A stretch of DNA of 20,000 bases from Psammoneis japonica (taxonomy: Eukaryota). Under the pieces are notes generated by a model, which was not told where the DNA came from, did no database searches, and was given only the letters and a program-made list of their open reading frames with translations. The translations under genes and the position numbers were made by a program. Each line of letters starts with the position of its first letter. Within the stretch, counting starts at the first letter, position 1. The DNA is taken from assembly GCA_008632985.1 (NCBI GenBank), contig QPGO01000271.1, positions 59,924 through 79,923 of the forward strand, given 5' to 3'. Below are positions 1 to 9,400 of this stretch, in pieces.

Positions 1-1050
1 GGACAAGCTGCGGCACCCAGTCAAAAAGGCAAAGGAGAGAAGCCTGGCAGGTCTGCTGGATGACTTGTCGCTGGCGATGGCAGCTGTGAAACAATCCTTG
101 CCACCAAGTGTTTCCTTGTGCTCCAGTTGGACGTGAAGCAGACGGCTGGGCTCCACTGCAGCTCCAGTGTTTCCCTCTTCTAACTGCACAAGAGCTGTTG
201 GATCTTTGTCATCTTTTACATCAACAAGAGACAGGAGATGCTGCCATGTCTTGCACACACGCAGATCTGGCACCACTTTTTTAATCCAAAACTCCAACGA
301 CAACGCACCAGAGTCTAAAGATTTGTGCTTGTCACAAGTTGAAGTCATGTGGTCCATTGCAGCAGCAACATTGAACCTGCTGAGCATGTTTTGAGCAAAA
401 TTCTTGCTGCACAAATGGAGCTCTCTTTTGGTCTGCTTCAGCACCTTTTTGTCTTCCCCTTCCCAACAAACTTGCACTGGTCCTTTGTCATGCATGTCAT
501 CAGGAAAAGACAACATGCTGAGATCAGTGTGTCATTCATGCCAAGTTGGGGCCAGATCTTTGCCATCTTTGCCACGCTTTTGTTGCGTGGGTGGATCCAA
601 AGCATCCGTGTCATTGAGAAATTGCACGATGCAAAACTTGAGGTGCAGCTCCAAATCATCTGAGCTGCAGCCTGCCAGTGCATGTGCGTGCATGTTTGAG
701 GCAGAATTTGGCATCTCAATGATGTCCAACACCTGCAATGTGGCAGATGGCAAAATGCCTGGAGGGTTGGTCACAGCCATGCAATCTGCAACACATTCAT
801 GCAGTTCTTTTGCATTGCCGTCCATTGGCAAGCCATGCATTTTTAGCCACACCTTTTTAAATGGTGCGGTCCAACTTGCTTGTTTGTCAACAGGCAGAAA
901 CACCACAGGTGGGCCACTGGGTGTTTCAAGCATCAAATTGGCAAAGAATTTGAACAAATGTGAAGATGAGGGAAAATGTGCAATGATGGGCCAAATGGCA
1001 GATTGAAGCAGACCAGATTTGCAAAGTGCAAGCCCTTTGGAAGGACAAGG
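1..1050 (-). pseudogene. Degraded C-terminal part of a DNA-transposase-like protein (CMC/Plavaka-like) with an embedded SAP-like motif
   Basis: ORF 532..1173(-) contains WTAPFKKVWLKMHGLPMDGNAKELHECVADCM, which fits the SAP-like pattern WLKxRGLxxxGxxxELxERV. Reading through the TGA at 532-534 gives PTWHE*HTDLSMLSFPDDMHDKGPVQVCWEGEDKKVLKQTKRELHLCSKNFAQNML, resembling the 'LxxPxxIxxxGPxxxxWEGxxE' C-terminal catalytic region of CMC/Plavaka-type transposases. The frame stays open to position 1. Family call is by recalled motif only. Confidence 0.55.
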
Positions 1051-1139
1051 CAAAACAGCATTTTGCGGAGGACTTGGCGGATGGTGCAGAAGATGCGGGC
1101 AACAAGTGCCCAATGTTCCATGCATGGTCAGTTGCAGGT

Positions 1140-1635
1140 GACAAGCAAAAGCATTGTTCTGGTTGGAGGGCAAAGTGCAACTTCAAACATCACCACCCAA
1201 GTGTGTGCAAGGACATGATGGGACTGAAACCAGGCAAGACTTGTGAAATGCCTCATGAACTGGTTTTGTCCAAGCCAAAGCACATGTCAATCCCAACTTG
1301 TGGTCCCAAGGTTTGCTTTTTACAAGGCAACAACGACACATGTGTTTTTTCTTTGTTGGCCAGTGCACTGCATTGCTCACAAGATGAGTGCGTGACACAT
1401 TGCATCGGTGGTCAAGTTGAGGCTTCTGCAACATCAGCAGCTGATGGTGACTGACGAATGTGATGATGGTCTGACAAAGTTCTGCAACACCATCAAGGTG
1501 GACTGTGCCAGAGATGGCAGCATCACAATGGAAGATTTGCTGTGCAAGAAGCTCACCTCATGTGGGTTGTCAAACAACTGCTGCGCGACTGTGTGCAATG
1601 GTTGGATTTTTGACTCCAGTCATTCACATGCCGCA
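1140..1635 (+). pseudogene. Degraded fragment with papain-like cysteine-peptidase-style motifs (repeat-associated hypothetical protein)
   Basis: FLQGNNDTCVFSLLASALH (1317-1373; Q-x5-C followed by a helix). After a frameshift comes SNNCCATVCNGWIFDS (~1569-1617). The expected catalytic His before 'xxTV' is not present, so the fold call is tentative. Confidence 0.3.
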
Positions 1636-2249
1636 TCAAAAAGGCAGGTCTGCACTGAAAAGGTCTGGAGACATGACAGAATCATCAGCTGCAAAAGTGG
1701 TGACATCATTGTCAGGGACAGCTGCAGAGTGAGAATCTGCATTGTTGGTCGGGGACAAAGGAGAGGGAGCAGTGTGTTTTGTGTGCTGGTGGATCAGTGT
1801 GTCGTGGTGGCTGGCTTCTGTGAAACTGAGAATGCGGTCTTTGCATTGAGGTCAATTTTTGCAAACAACCCAGCAGGCACTGCAGGGAGGGCACTGGAGG
1901 GTCACTGCTCATTTGTGCAGGCACTTGTCAAATGAGATGTGAAGAGCCATTTGGCAGCAGTGAGGGCATGTTCAAGCAAATTGGCTGGACAACTGCCACA
2001 CAAACCACAGGAGAGTGACACAGGTTCCACAGACTAGAATGACAAGTCTGACTGACAACAGCCAATGATGAGTGTGTTGACAAAAGGATGGAGGCAACTC
2101 AGGCCAACACATGAGCACAATGGAGATGATGTGAGAAGGACACGTCATTGGTGATGTGGACACCTGTGACAATGAGGTGACATCATGAGAAACTTGGGAC
2201 AAGAAGAACAATGATGATGGAACACTGCCGAGTGAAAAAATCATGCTGA

Positions 2250-2425
2250 CATGGTGGGAAAGGAGGTGTGGCTGTGGGGCGACATGTTGGGGGAGCAGAA
2301 GTTGAGCACACCCAACATGCAGCACCCCCCCCCAACATGCAGACACCCAGGATGATGCATCTTGGGGGAGAAAACCACTCCCCCATCATGCCAGAGCATT
2401 TCTGACTGATTGGTCCCCCAACATT
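2250..2425. repeat. Cluster of CCCCCAACATG-like motifs in both orientations, with a hairpin
   Basis: Forward copies near 2311, 2329, 2380 and 2415; reverse copies (CATGTTGGGGG-like) near 2250, 2283 and 2358. GCATCTTGGGGGAG (2357-2370) pairs 12/14 with CTCCCCCATCATGC (2378-2391) around a 7-nt loop. Confidence 0.7.
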
Positions 2426-2609
2426 TGGCAGGTTGGGTTGTTCTCTCATTTCCTGTGGAGTTGCGCAAGAAAGCACACATCACAGATGATGTTTTCTTTT
2501 GCATTGATGAAAATGTGCAGCTGAATGAAGCATGGGCTGGCCTTGTCTCCTTGCTGCTTGTGCATGCACTGATGCCAGGCAGCAATGAACACCATGCACC
2601 CTTTGGTTG

Positions 2610-2685
2610 AAAACCTGGAAATCCAGAAAAAAGGAAGCCAAGAAATCCGGAAATGCAGAAACCCAGAAATCCAGAAATGCAGAAG
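2610..2685. repeat. Short array of the (C)CGGAAA-type minisatellite
   Basis: aaacctggaaatccagaaaaaaggaagccaagaaatccggaaatgcagaaacccagaaatccagaaatgcagaa; same 8-bp subunit as 2979-3220. Confidence 0.8.
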
Positions 2686-2978
2686 ATGTGTTCCAGCCGT
2701 GTGTGAACCAAATTGTGCACAAAAACAACACATGCACAATTTTTGCATGGTCTCTGACTTGCGATCGATCTTTCTCCACCAAAAGCATGGACTCGTGCAA
2801 ATTTAAATGATTTGCAACACTGACAAGACTCATGTCAGCATTGCAATGTCATTGGTTTTGTGCAATCCATGTTTTTTGTTGCAACAAACAAGTGGTGACA
2901 CAATGGATGATTTTTGGCAAAATTGTTGCCATCATTTTGATGTGAACACAAACAACTTTTCTGCAATGATGTCTGGCA

Positions 2979-3220
2979 CCAGAAATCTGGAAAAAAGGAA
3001 ACCCAGAAGTCCAGAAAAAATGGAGCCCAGAAACCTGGACAGATGGAAAAACAGAAACCCGGAAATCTGGAAAAATGGAAACCCGGAAATCCAGAAAAAC
3101 AGAAACCCGGAAATCCGGAACCCGGAAATGTGGAAACCCGGAAACCCGGAAAAACAGAAACCCAGAAATCTGGAAACTCTGAAACCTGGAAATGTGGAAA
3201 CCCGAAAACCTGGAAAAACA
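2979..3220. repeat. Minisatellite with 8-bp subunit NNCGGAAA in a ~24-bp higher-order unit (CCCGGAAATCCGGAAAAACGGAAA)
   Basis: Consecutive units cccggaaatctggaaaaatggaaa / cccggaaatccagaaaaacagaaa / cccggaaacccggaaaaacagaaa. Variants are mostly CG->TG or CG->CA. Confidence 0.9.
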
Positions 3221-3229
3221 GCAAAGATT

Positions 3230-4237
3230 TTGGTTTCAGCTCAGACCCCACGGCATGTGCAGAACTTTCCAACAATTGCCGTGCATGTCTGCTTGGCAGT
3301 CCATCCCCTTGATCTTGATTCAAACAGAGGTGCAAAGACAAAACACCTCCCTTGGATGCAGATCGTGGCATGCTCAAATCTCAAATCATGCGCTGCCCTG
3401 AATTTGATCATGGGGTGCCCTCAATTGAGAGTGGGCACCCTCAATCAAGGGTGGGCACCCTCAGCCAAGGGTGAGTGCCACAAATTGATGGCAAAAATGT
3501 GAGGAAAACAGGAGCTGAAGCCGCTTTCTTGCAATGAGGTGAGCTTGTTTGGCATGAATGACAGCTGCAATGCTGCAAATTCATTGACAGAAACAGCACA
3601 CTCTTTGTCTCAGCTCAAACTCAACAGGTTGCACAGAACTTTCCAACAATTGCTGCACATGCCGGGTTGGCAGCCCCACCCCTTTTTCTTGATTCAAACA
3701 GATGCAAAGACAAAACACCTCCCTTGTGGACACAGATTTTGGCATGCTCAAATCTCAAATCAAACACTGCCCTCAATTTGATCATGGGGTGCCCTCAATG
3801 AAGGGTGGGCACCCTCAATCAAGGGTGAGTGCCCTCAACTGAGTGTGAACACCCCACATTGATGGCAAAAATGTGAGGAGAACAGGAAATGAAGCCACCT
3901 TCTTGTGACGAGGCAGGCTTGTTTGGCATGAATGACAGCTGCAATGCCGCGACGTCAATCACAAAAACCAACACACTCTGTGTTCAAGCACCTTGCTGTT
4001 GCCAACATTTTGTTGCAGCTCAGACCCCAGACTCCACGGGATGCACAGAAATTTCCAACAATTGCTGTGTGTGTCATGTTGGCAGCCCGTCACCTGAGTC
4101 TTGACTCAAACAGATGCAAAGACAAAACACCTCCCTCGGGTGCAGATCTTGGCACGCTCAAATCTCAAATCATGCATTGCCCTTAATTTGATCATGGCGT
4201 GCCCTCAATTGAGGGTGGGCACCCTCAATCAAGGGTG
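3230..4237. repeat. Diverged tandem repeat, ~2.5 copies of a ~375-410 bp unit
   Basis: Anchor TTCCAACAATTG at 3267, 3641 and 4053 (spacing 374 and 412). Blocks GCAAAGACAAAACACCTCCC and GCTCAAATCTCAAATCA are in all three copies. TTGATGGCAAAAATGTGAGGA and GCTTGTTTGGCATGAATGACAGCTGCAATGC are in copies 1 and 2. Copy 3 is truncated at the gag remnant. Confidence 0.95.
3412..3479. repeat. 20-bp period array of a 16-bp palindrome (ACCCTCAATTGAGGGT-like); repeated at 3786-3855 and 4196-4237
   Basis: ggggtgccctcaattgagagtgggcaccctcaatcaagggtgggcaccctcagccaagggtgagtgcc. A perfect 14-bp palindrome CCCTCAATTGAGGG lies at 4202-4215. Confidence 0.9.
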
Positions 4238-4826
4238 TTTGCTGAGCTCTTCTCATCCATTGGGATGGTTTGCCCATGCCCACAATGCATCTCTCCCATT
4301 TTTGGTGCTGTCATGTTGCTCAATCCAAGTCCACACTTCCGCATTGACCAAGTGTCCTTTTGACAAACGACAAACAGAATTGAAATGTGCGCTCTTCCAC
4401 ATCATCAACGAATGCAGCCGGGGCTGCCACTGGCCTTGCCACACATCAAAATGGTTTCTTCAGCACCCCAATCTTCTGTGACAAGAGATTCAAGAGTGCA
4501 TCTTCCATCACATCAAAATCTTCCAACTCAAACACTGGCAAAGAACTGACCATTGTGTCCAAGTCCACCATGTCTTTCTCAACGCACTTTCTCTGACAGG
4601 CTTCTTCCAACGCTGCTTGTGCACTGCGCCGACTGGCTCCACTTGCCATTCTTTCTGTGTCTGAGTTGCCTTCCACAACTGCAACATTCTTCAAAGTTTC
4701 AAACCCGTCAAAGTGTGCTGGACAATCTCTTGTGTTGACATTGGCAACGCCACATGTCTGCGGTGCATCATCAACATCCACTGCAAGCCCTGACACCGCC
4801 AAAGCTTGAGCTGGTGCTGCCACCAT
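4238..4826 (-). mobile_element. gag: Ty1/Copia (diatom CoDi-type) gag remnant, N-terminal part
   Basis: TCGVANVNTRD...FDGFETLKNVAVVEGNSDTERMA, then FELEDFDVMEDALLNLLSQKIGVLKKPF*CVARP, and after a frameshift NSVCRLSKGHLVNAEVWTWIEQHDSTKNGRDALWAWANHPNG*EELSKH. This matches the recalled diatom Copia gag pattern (EDAFLNLLAQ..GVLxEPLRYVVRP ... VYRKLKxxL...GWxWIE..D..xNGRxAxxAWxxHYNGxGELSKR). Contains stops, a frameshift and an internal deletion. Confidence 0.8.
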
Positions 4827-5091
4827 GCTTCTTGTGACACAAGGATGACAATGTTTTGTCCATCATGGATGAACAGAGTGACTGCAAGACTCACACAATG
4901 GGCACAGATGGGAGACTGAACGCTCCATGAGCGCCACGGCAACAGGTCCACATGGTCAACTGGTGAATGGGAGGCCACCCCATGCCATTTTGTCTGAATG
5001 AGCACACGCTCTGGGCTTGCCACCCACACTGCTCTGTCCAGCGCTCTATTCCCAGCAGTTGTCTCATCATGAGATCAGATTGATTGATCAC

Positions 5092-6166
5092 TGTTGCTTG
5101 TGTTTGCAGGCGCTGTCAGCACCCGACATCACTCAGGCCAATGGCGCAACTCTGGATGCAACAAAGGTGTCAGGGAATCCCTTGCTTTAGAGCAGCCAAA
5201 GAAAATTGACCAATGTCAAACAGCAGAAACCAGGAACAAGAGCTTGGTCCATGTGGAAGAAGCTGCGTGCCTCCCTCTGCCATCCAGCATTGCACACTTT
5301 GAAAGAACCTCTTGGCAACTGGTCAGTGCCACCATCCCAGATGCGCGTGCAGTCAACTGCTCATTTTTCTCCTTTGGAGGACTGTTTGCACGTGAAGTCT
5401 CCTTCAGGGTGCAAAGCATTCTAAGTCAATGGTGCCAGAACTCACTCCATTGCAGAGTTGGAAACAGCAACTGTCCCATCTGAAGAATCATTCCCAGTGG
5501 AGTCATCCATGACAGAAGACGGTGGATGGACACCAGACTTGCCACGCACTGCTTTGTCTGGCCCACCATCACCCGGCTTCCGGATTCATTCCAAGACATG
5601 CTGCAATCTCTGCCTCAATGGGGGGCAACGTTGTTTGAAGAACTTGATTTTTGCATGTCCCCAGACATGCTGATTTGCTGTTTCTCTTCCTCGACTTTGA
5701 CTGCAGGGAGCGATGGTTCAGTTGAAGTGGGTGCCACTGTTGGATGGACGACGGCTCTTGCAGGAACCCTGTCAGTTGATTGTGCAGGGCCAGTTTTTGG
5801 AAGGCACCCGTTGTCATGCCAAGCAGAAGCATGTGGGATTCTCTCCATCTTCTGATTCATTTGCCGATTTGTGGAATGCTGCAACAGCAAAGCTTTGGTG
5901 TCATGTTTGGAGCAGCTCACTTTCTCCCTTCCAGCTCCAACTCCTGAGGAACAGTCTGACAATGTCAGAGATTTTCATGCACGGCAAAATGGAGCCAACA
6001 CCCTTGCCTCTGACTGGGACATGCCAAGCAAGATGTTGCATTCCCGAATTGCCATGGAAGAATCCCACAAACCTCAGGACTCCCTCATCCTTTCTGCAAG
6101 TCAAATGGGTGAAAGGACACCAAGACAGACATGCCCCACTCCACACACTCCCACTCAACACAAGAG
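5092..6166 (+). mobile_element. Non-LTR retrotransposon (LINE) fragment: post-RT region plus RNase H domain
   Basis: Across frameshifts: CLCLQALSAPDITQANG; QQKPGTRAWSMWKKL...LKEPLGNW; FQDMLQSLPQWG; RNase H motifs GSDGSV..GATVGW, CAGPVFG..PLSCQAEACGILS (SYRAEAYG-like), CNSKALV, TLASDWD and WVKGHQD (6106-6126). Confidence 0.85.
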
Positions 6167-7140
6167 ATGTGACTTGCAATCTCATGGAGCTTTGGTCTGG
6201 GCAACAACTCAGTCAGCACATCTGCTGGATTCGTGCATCTGTCTTCCCAAGCAATGCACACAATTCCTGTGGTCTGCGCTTCATGGGTCTTGTGACACAC
6301 AATTGCACTGTGCTTCTTCTTCAATGCAGCCTCCAGTCTGGTTGAGTTCTTAAAGACAGCTTCATTGTCACAAAAGACATCAGTGGCCCCATCCATGGGG
6401 ACACCCAGCACACAAAGCTTGCAGTGCAAGGCTTCCATCTGCTCCATGGCAGTCTTCATTGCAACAAACTCTGACCCAAAAGCAGATGACTCAACAGTGT
6501 TCTGCCATTTAGAGTGGCACAAAATGGGTGCTTGCTGGATGAAAGTCAGGATCCCAGTGTGGGACCTGCGCGTCACACAACATCTGGCATGGTCAGCATC
6601 AACAAAGCAGACAGCAGCCGCTGCACTGTCCCCACGTGCTTCTGGCATGTTTGGCGGCAATGGTTCAGCCGTGCCAGGGCAATGTTCTTCCCAATCACAC
6701 TTGGTGAAATGGCTCTCATCAAATGCAGGCTCAGTGTTGTCAAACACAAGAGCAGACCTTGAAAGAGCCTTTGAGCAGGCAAAGATGTGAAGCACCTTGT
6801 CCAGGTGCACTGCTTGCAGTGCTGCAAGGTGGGAAGACATGAGTGAGAAGGCAACAAAAATGTCCACTCATCCCAGCTCAACTGCCCAACAGAGCACCCC
6901 AATGAGGCCTTGAAAGTGGTTTGCTGTTCTGGCGTTCAGCTCTGGCGAACCATCCAGCCCCAAGCTCAATGGTGTCAACACGTTTGTTGGAAGTCACCCA
7001 TCTGTTTTCTCAAGCACTCAGTTTCAACGTCAGCAAGGGCTCAGTGGCATGCAAGTCAGAGGACACAGTGGAGCTCCAGTGTGTCTTGCAGATTTCCTGC
7101 TCCACTTTTGCCTGCATTCTTTGAGGGGCCAACAGCTTTT
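6160..7140 (-). mobile_element. pol: Ty1/Copia pol remnant: reverse transcriptase C-terminus plus RNase H
   Basis: LPTNVLTPLS..LDGSPELN..ANHFQGLIGVLCWAVELG*VDI, HLDKVLHIFACSK, FVDADHA..VTRRSHTGIL, SKWQNTVESSAFGSEFVAMK, VFCDNEAV, LKKKHSAIVCH, TNPADVLT. These are canonical Copia RNase H motifs. A CGA->TGA stop lies at ~6868-6870 and there are upstream frameshifts. Confidence 0.95.
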
Positions 7141-8073
7141 TGCATTGGCTCTCCATGGCCAAGTTCACAACAAAGCTGATGCCAAAGATGGCAGCAACAC
7201 AACCAAAGAAATGAAAATGACAAGCATGGGACAACAGCCAATGGAGGACCCAAGCTTCCCATGTGCTCCAGCAGTGCCATTGTCAATGGCATTGCCAAAC
7301 TTCTTGCCGTGGTTCTTGCGGGAGCATGTCATGGCTGCAATCAGCTGAGCAAGCAAAATGCATCAAACATGAGGATTCAAGCAACAAAGGACGAGCTGCA
7401 AAACAAGGAAATGCAACATTGGCAGCAACACCAAAGTGAGCTCAGTTTGATTGTTGAGTTGTTCCAAACTGTTCCCATGACAACAAAAGTGAGATGAGCT
7501 TGAGTCTGAATGAGAGGCAACATGACAAGGCACCAACACACACAGGGCAAAGATTCCAGTTTCTGCACTTGCACAAGTCATTTCAGTCCTTGAAAGTCCA
7601 GCAGAAAGGCAGGCAATGAAAATGCAGAACTGTCAATGCTTCAACATCAAGGGAAATGTCCCGTCTGTGTCAGCATGATTGCACCAGGGTCACTTTCTAA
7701 AATGCATGGCACAAGCACTGTCAGAATCTCCCCACCACCAGCATCATTCTGAACAGGTGCTGAAGTTTGACCCAAACCATGTGCCACTTTGCTCTTTGCT
7801 TTGGCAACGAGTCCATCCAGTTGTCATGAAAAAAATGAATGGAGTGCATGGTGGCCATTGGCAGAAACAGAATTCCACAGGTTGACAAATCTCCTCGAGC
7901 CTTCATCACGTGCTGTTTGCACATCTGGTGGGGCAACAATCTGACATTGCACGCAAACTTGCATGTGACATTCTTGCCCGTCATGTCTGAATTTTTTGCA
8001 CGCCGTGTCAGAAATCTTGCTTGCGGTGCAATTTTTCTTGTCATGTGTTGCAAGAAAATTTGAGTGCAACATC

Positions 8074-8250
8074 CATGCGGACAACGTTGCCAACATTTTC
8101 AAGTGCAACACTTGACCACTTTTCACTGTGCAACAATTTACCTTTGAACTGGTCCCTGACTCACATTGCTTTCAAACCGTTCTTTAAATCCAACAAGCAC
8201 ACGGACAACATTCCTGACATTTTGCAGTGCAACACTTGGGTGCTTTTCAC
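8074..8250. repeat. Two diverged ~53-bp direct repeats, 124 bp apart
   Basis: catgcggacaacgttgccaacattttcaagtgcaacacttgaccacttttcac (8074-8126) versus cacacggacaacattcctgacattttgcagtgcaacacttgggtgcttttcac (8198-8250). Confidence 0.8.
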
Positions 8251-8349
8251 CATGTGAAATGTTTCTTTCCGGTCAATGGCCCGACTCACATTCCATGATG
8301 TTGCAGCTGCCCCAACTGAGTTGATTTCATGGTCAATGCCTTTGCTGTC

Positions 8350-9400
8350 ATTGTTTTCTGCTGCGTGCTGGTGAATGTTGCTGCCATGCCACCCGAGTGC
8401 TCGTTGCGTCCTTGCTTGCTTCTGTGGGTTGTTGTTCGCTCTGCCTCCTCAAGAACCCATTTGTGTTAAAAGCACTGTTGTTGGTTGCTGCTGCTTCTGG
8501 AGTCTCTTCCTCTTTGCTCCCCTGTTCATCATTCCTTCCTGTGGCCTCCTCCTTGCTGTCACTCCAATCTGTTTTCAGAGCTGCCCATCCCCTCATGCTG
8601 CCCTTCTTTTTCTTCTTTCTTTTCTTGCTGTGTTCGCTCTCTGATTTTTTTGTCTGCAGGCACCATGCATTGACTCTGCTGCAATCCGTTCTCTCCTTTG
8701 CCACCACATCGTAGAGTTTGTTGTGCTTGTTGATCCCATCCTGGTTCCATCCTTGATTTTTGCTTTGCGCCTTTCCCCATGAAAGTGCACTTTTGGACCA
8801 TTGGCCATGTCGGTTGTTGTGCCCCTCTGTTTTGTTTGAATTGCTCTTCGATCTCTGCCACTGATGTGGCCGCATTGCAGCAGCTCTCATGCATCAGCCT
8901 GGCAAAAGCTTCCGCACTTGTTGCCAGCCAATTGCTGACACCTTGGCTGGCCACTGTTTTAAAGTGTTCCATTCATGCTGCCAGGGAGCAGCAATTTTCC
9001 AAGAACCAGAAGTGCGTTTTTGAGACGATGCCCTGCCCTTTTCAATGTCTTCAACACTTGGCATTCCATTGCATCTGGCCATCTCTGAGCAAGAGTCAAT
9101 GGATGAGAACACTGCTCCATGTCATCCAACCACAGCCCAAACAGCAACCATCTTCTTTCTAAAAACCTCCTGCCTGTTGTTTCTTCTCCTGTTTGGTCTT
9201 TTCCTCACCTTCTCCTTGTTCTCTTCCCACCAAACTGCACAGTCACTTGCATCCACGTTGAGGTGCTTGCAAACCTTTTTCTGCATTTTGCTCCCAAAAG
9301 CCAACTCGACCTTGTTGTGCATCACGAACTTTGTCTTGGGGGGGCACACAGCAGCCGCAATGCAGTCGGCCATCTGGCCATCCACAAACTTTCTCCTTGC
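8350..9400 (-). pseudogene. Degraded repeat-associated hypothetical protein ('S[D/A]EAF...KYT...GWxxxGIxxxNxL' type), probably a DNA-transposon accessory ORF
   Basis: Colinear pieces in three frames: TKFVMHNKVELAFGSKMQKKVCKHLNV...WWEENKEKVRKRPNRRRNN; VSNWLATSAEAFARLMHESCC; QKCTFMGKGAKQK; QGWNQDGINKHNKLYDVVAKER; then a basic KKRKKKKK stretch and acidic tail. The motif set is recalled from multicopy diatom hypothetical proteins; function unknown. Confidence 0.5.

Noticed and set aside
2807..3502. 231-aa repeat protein (NPEIWKNG/NPEIQKNR)
   Set aside because: It is the translation of a stop-free minisatellite that is open in several frames and on both strands; there is no evidence of coding constraint.
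3412..4237. CRISPR array (palindromic repeats at regular spacing)
   Set aside because: The repeats abut with 4-bp linkers and have no unique spacers. They are nested in a larger tandem unit, there are no cas genes, and the context is eukaryotic.
4827..5091. LTR/PBS upstream of gag
   Set aside because: There is no second copy in the window and no recognisable TG...CA boundaries or PBS; TG/CA are uninformative given the mutation bias.
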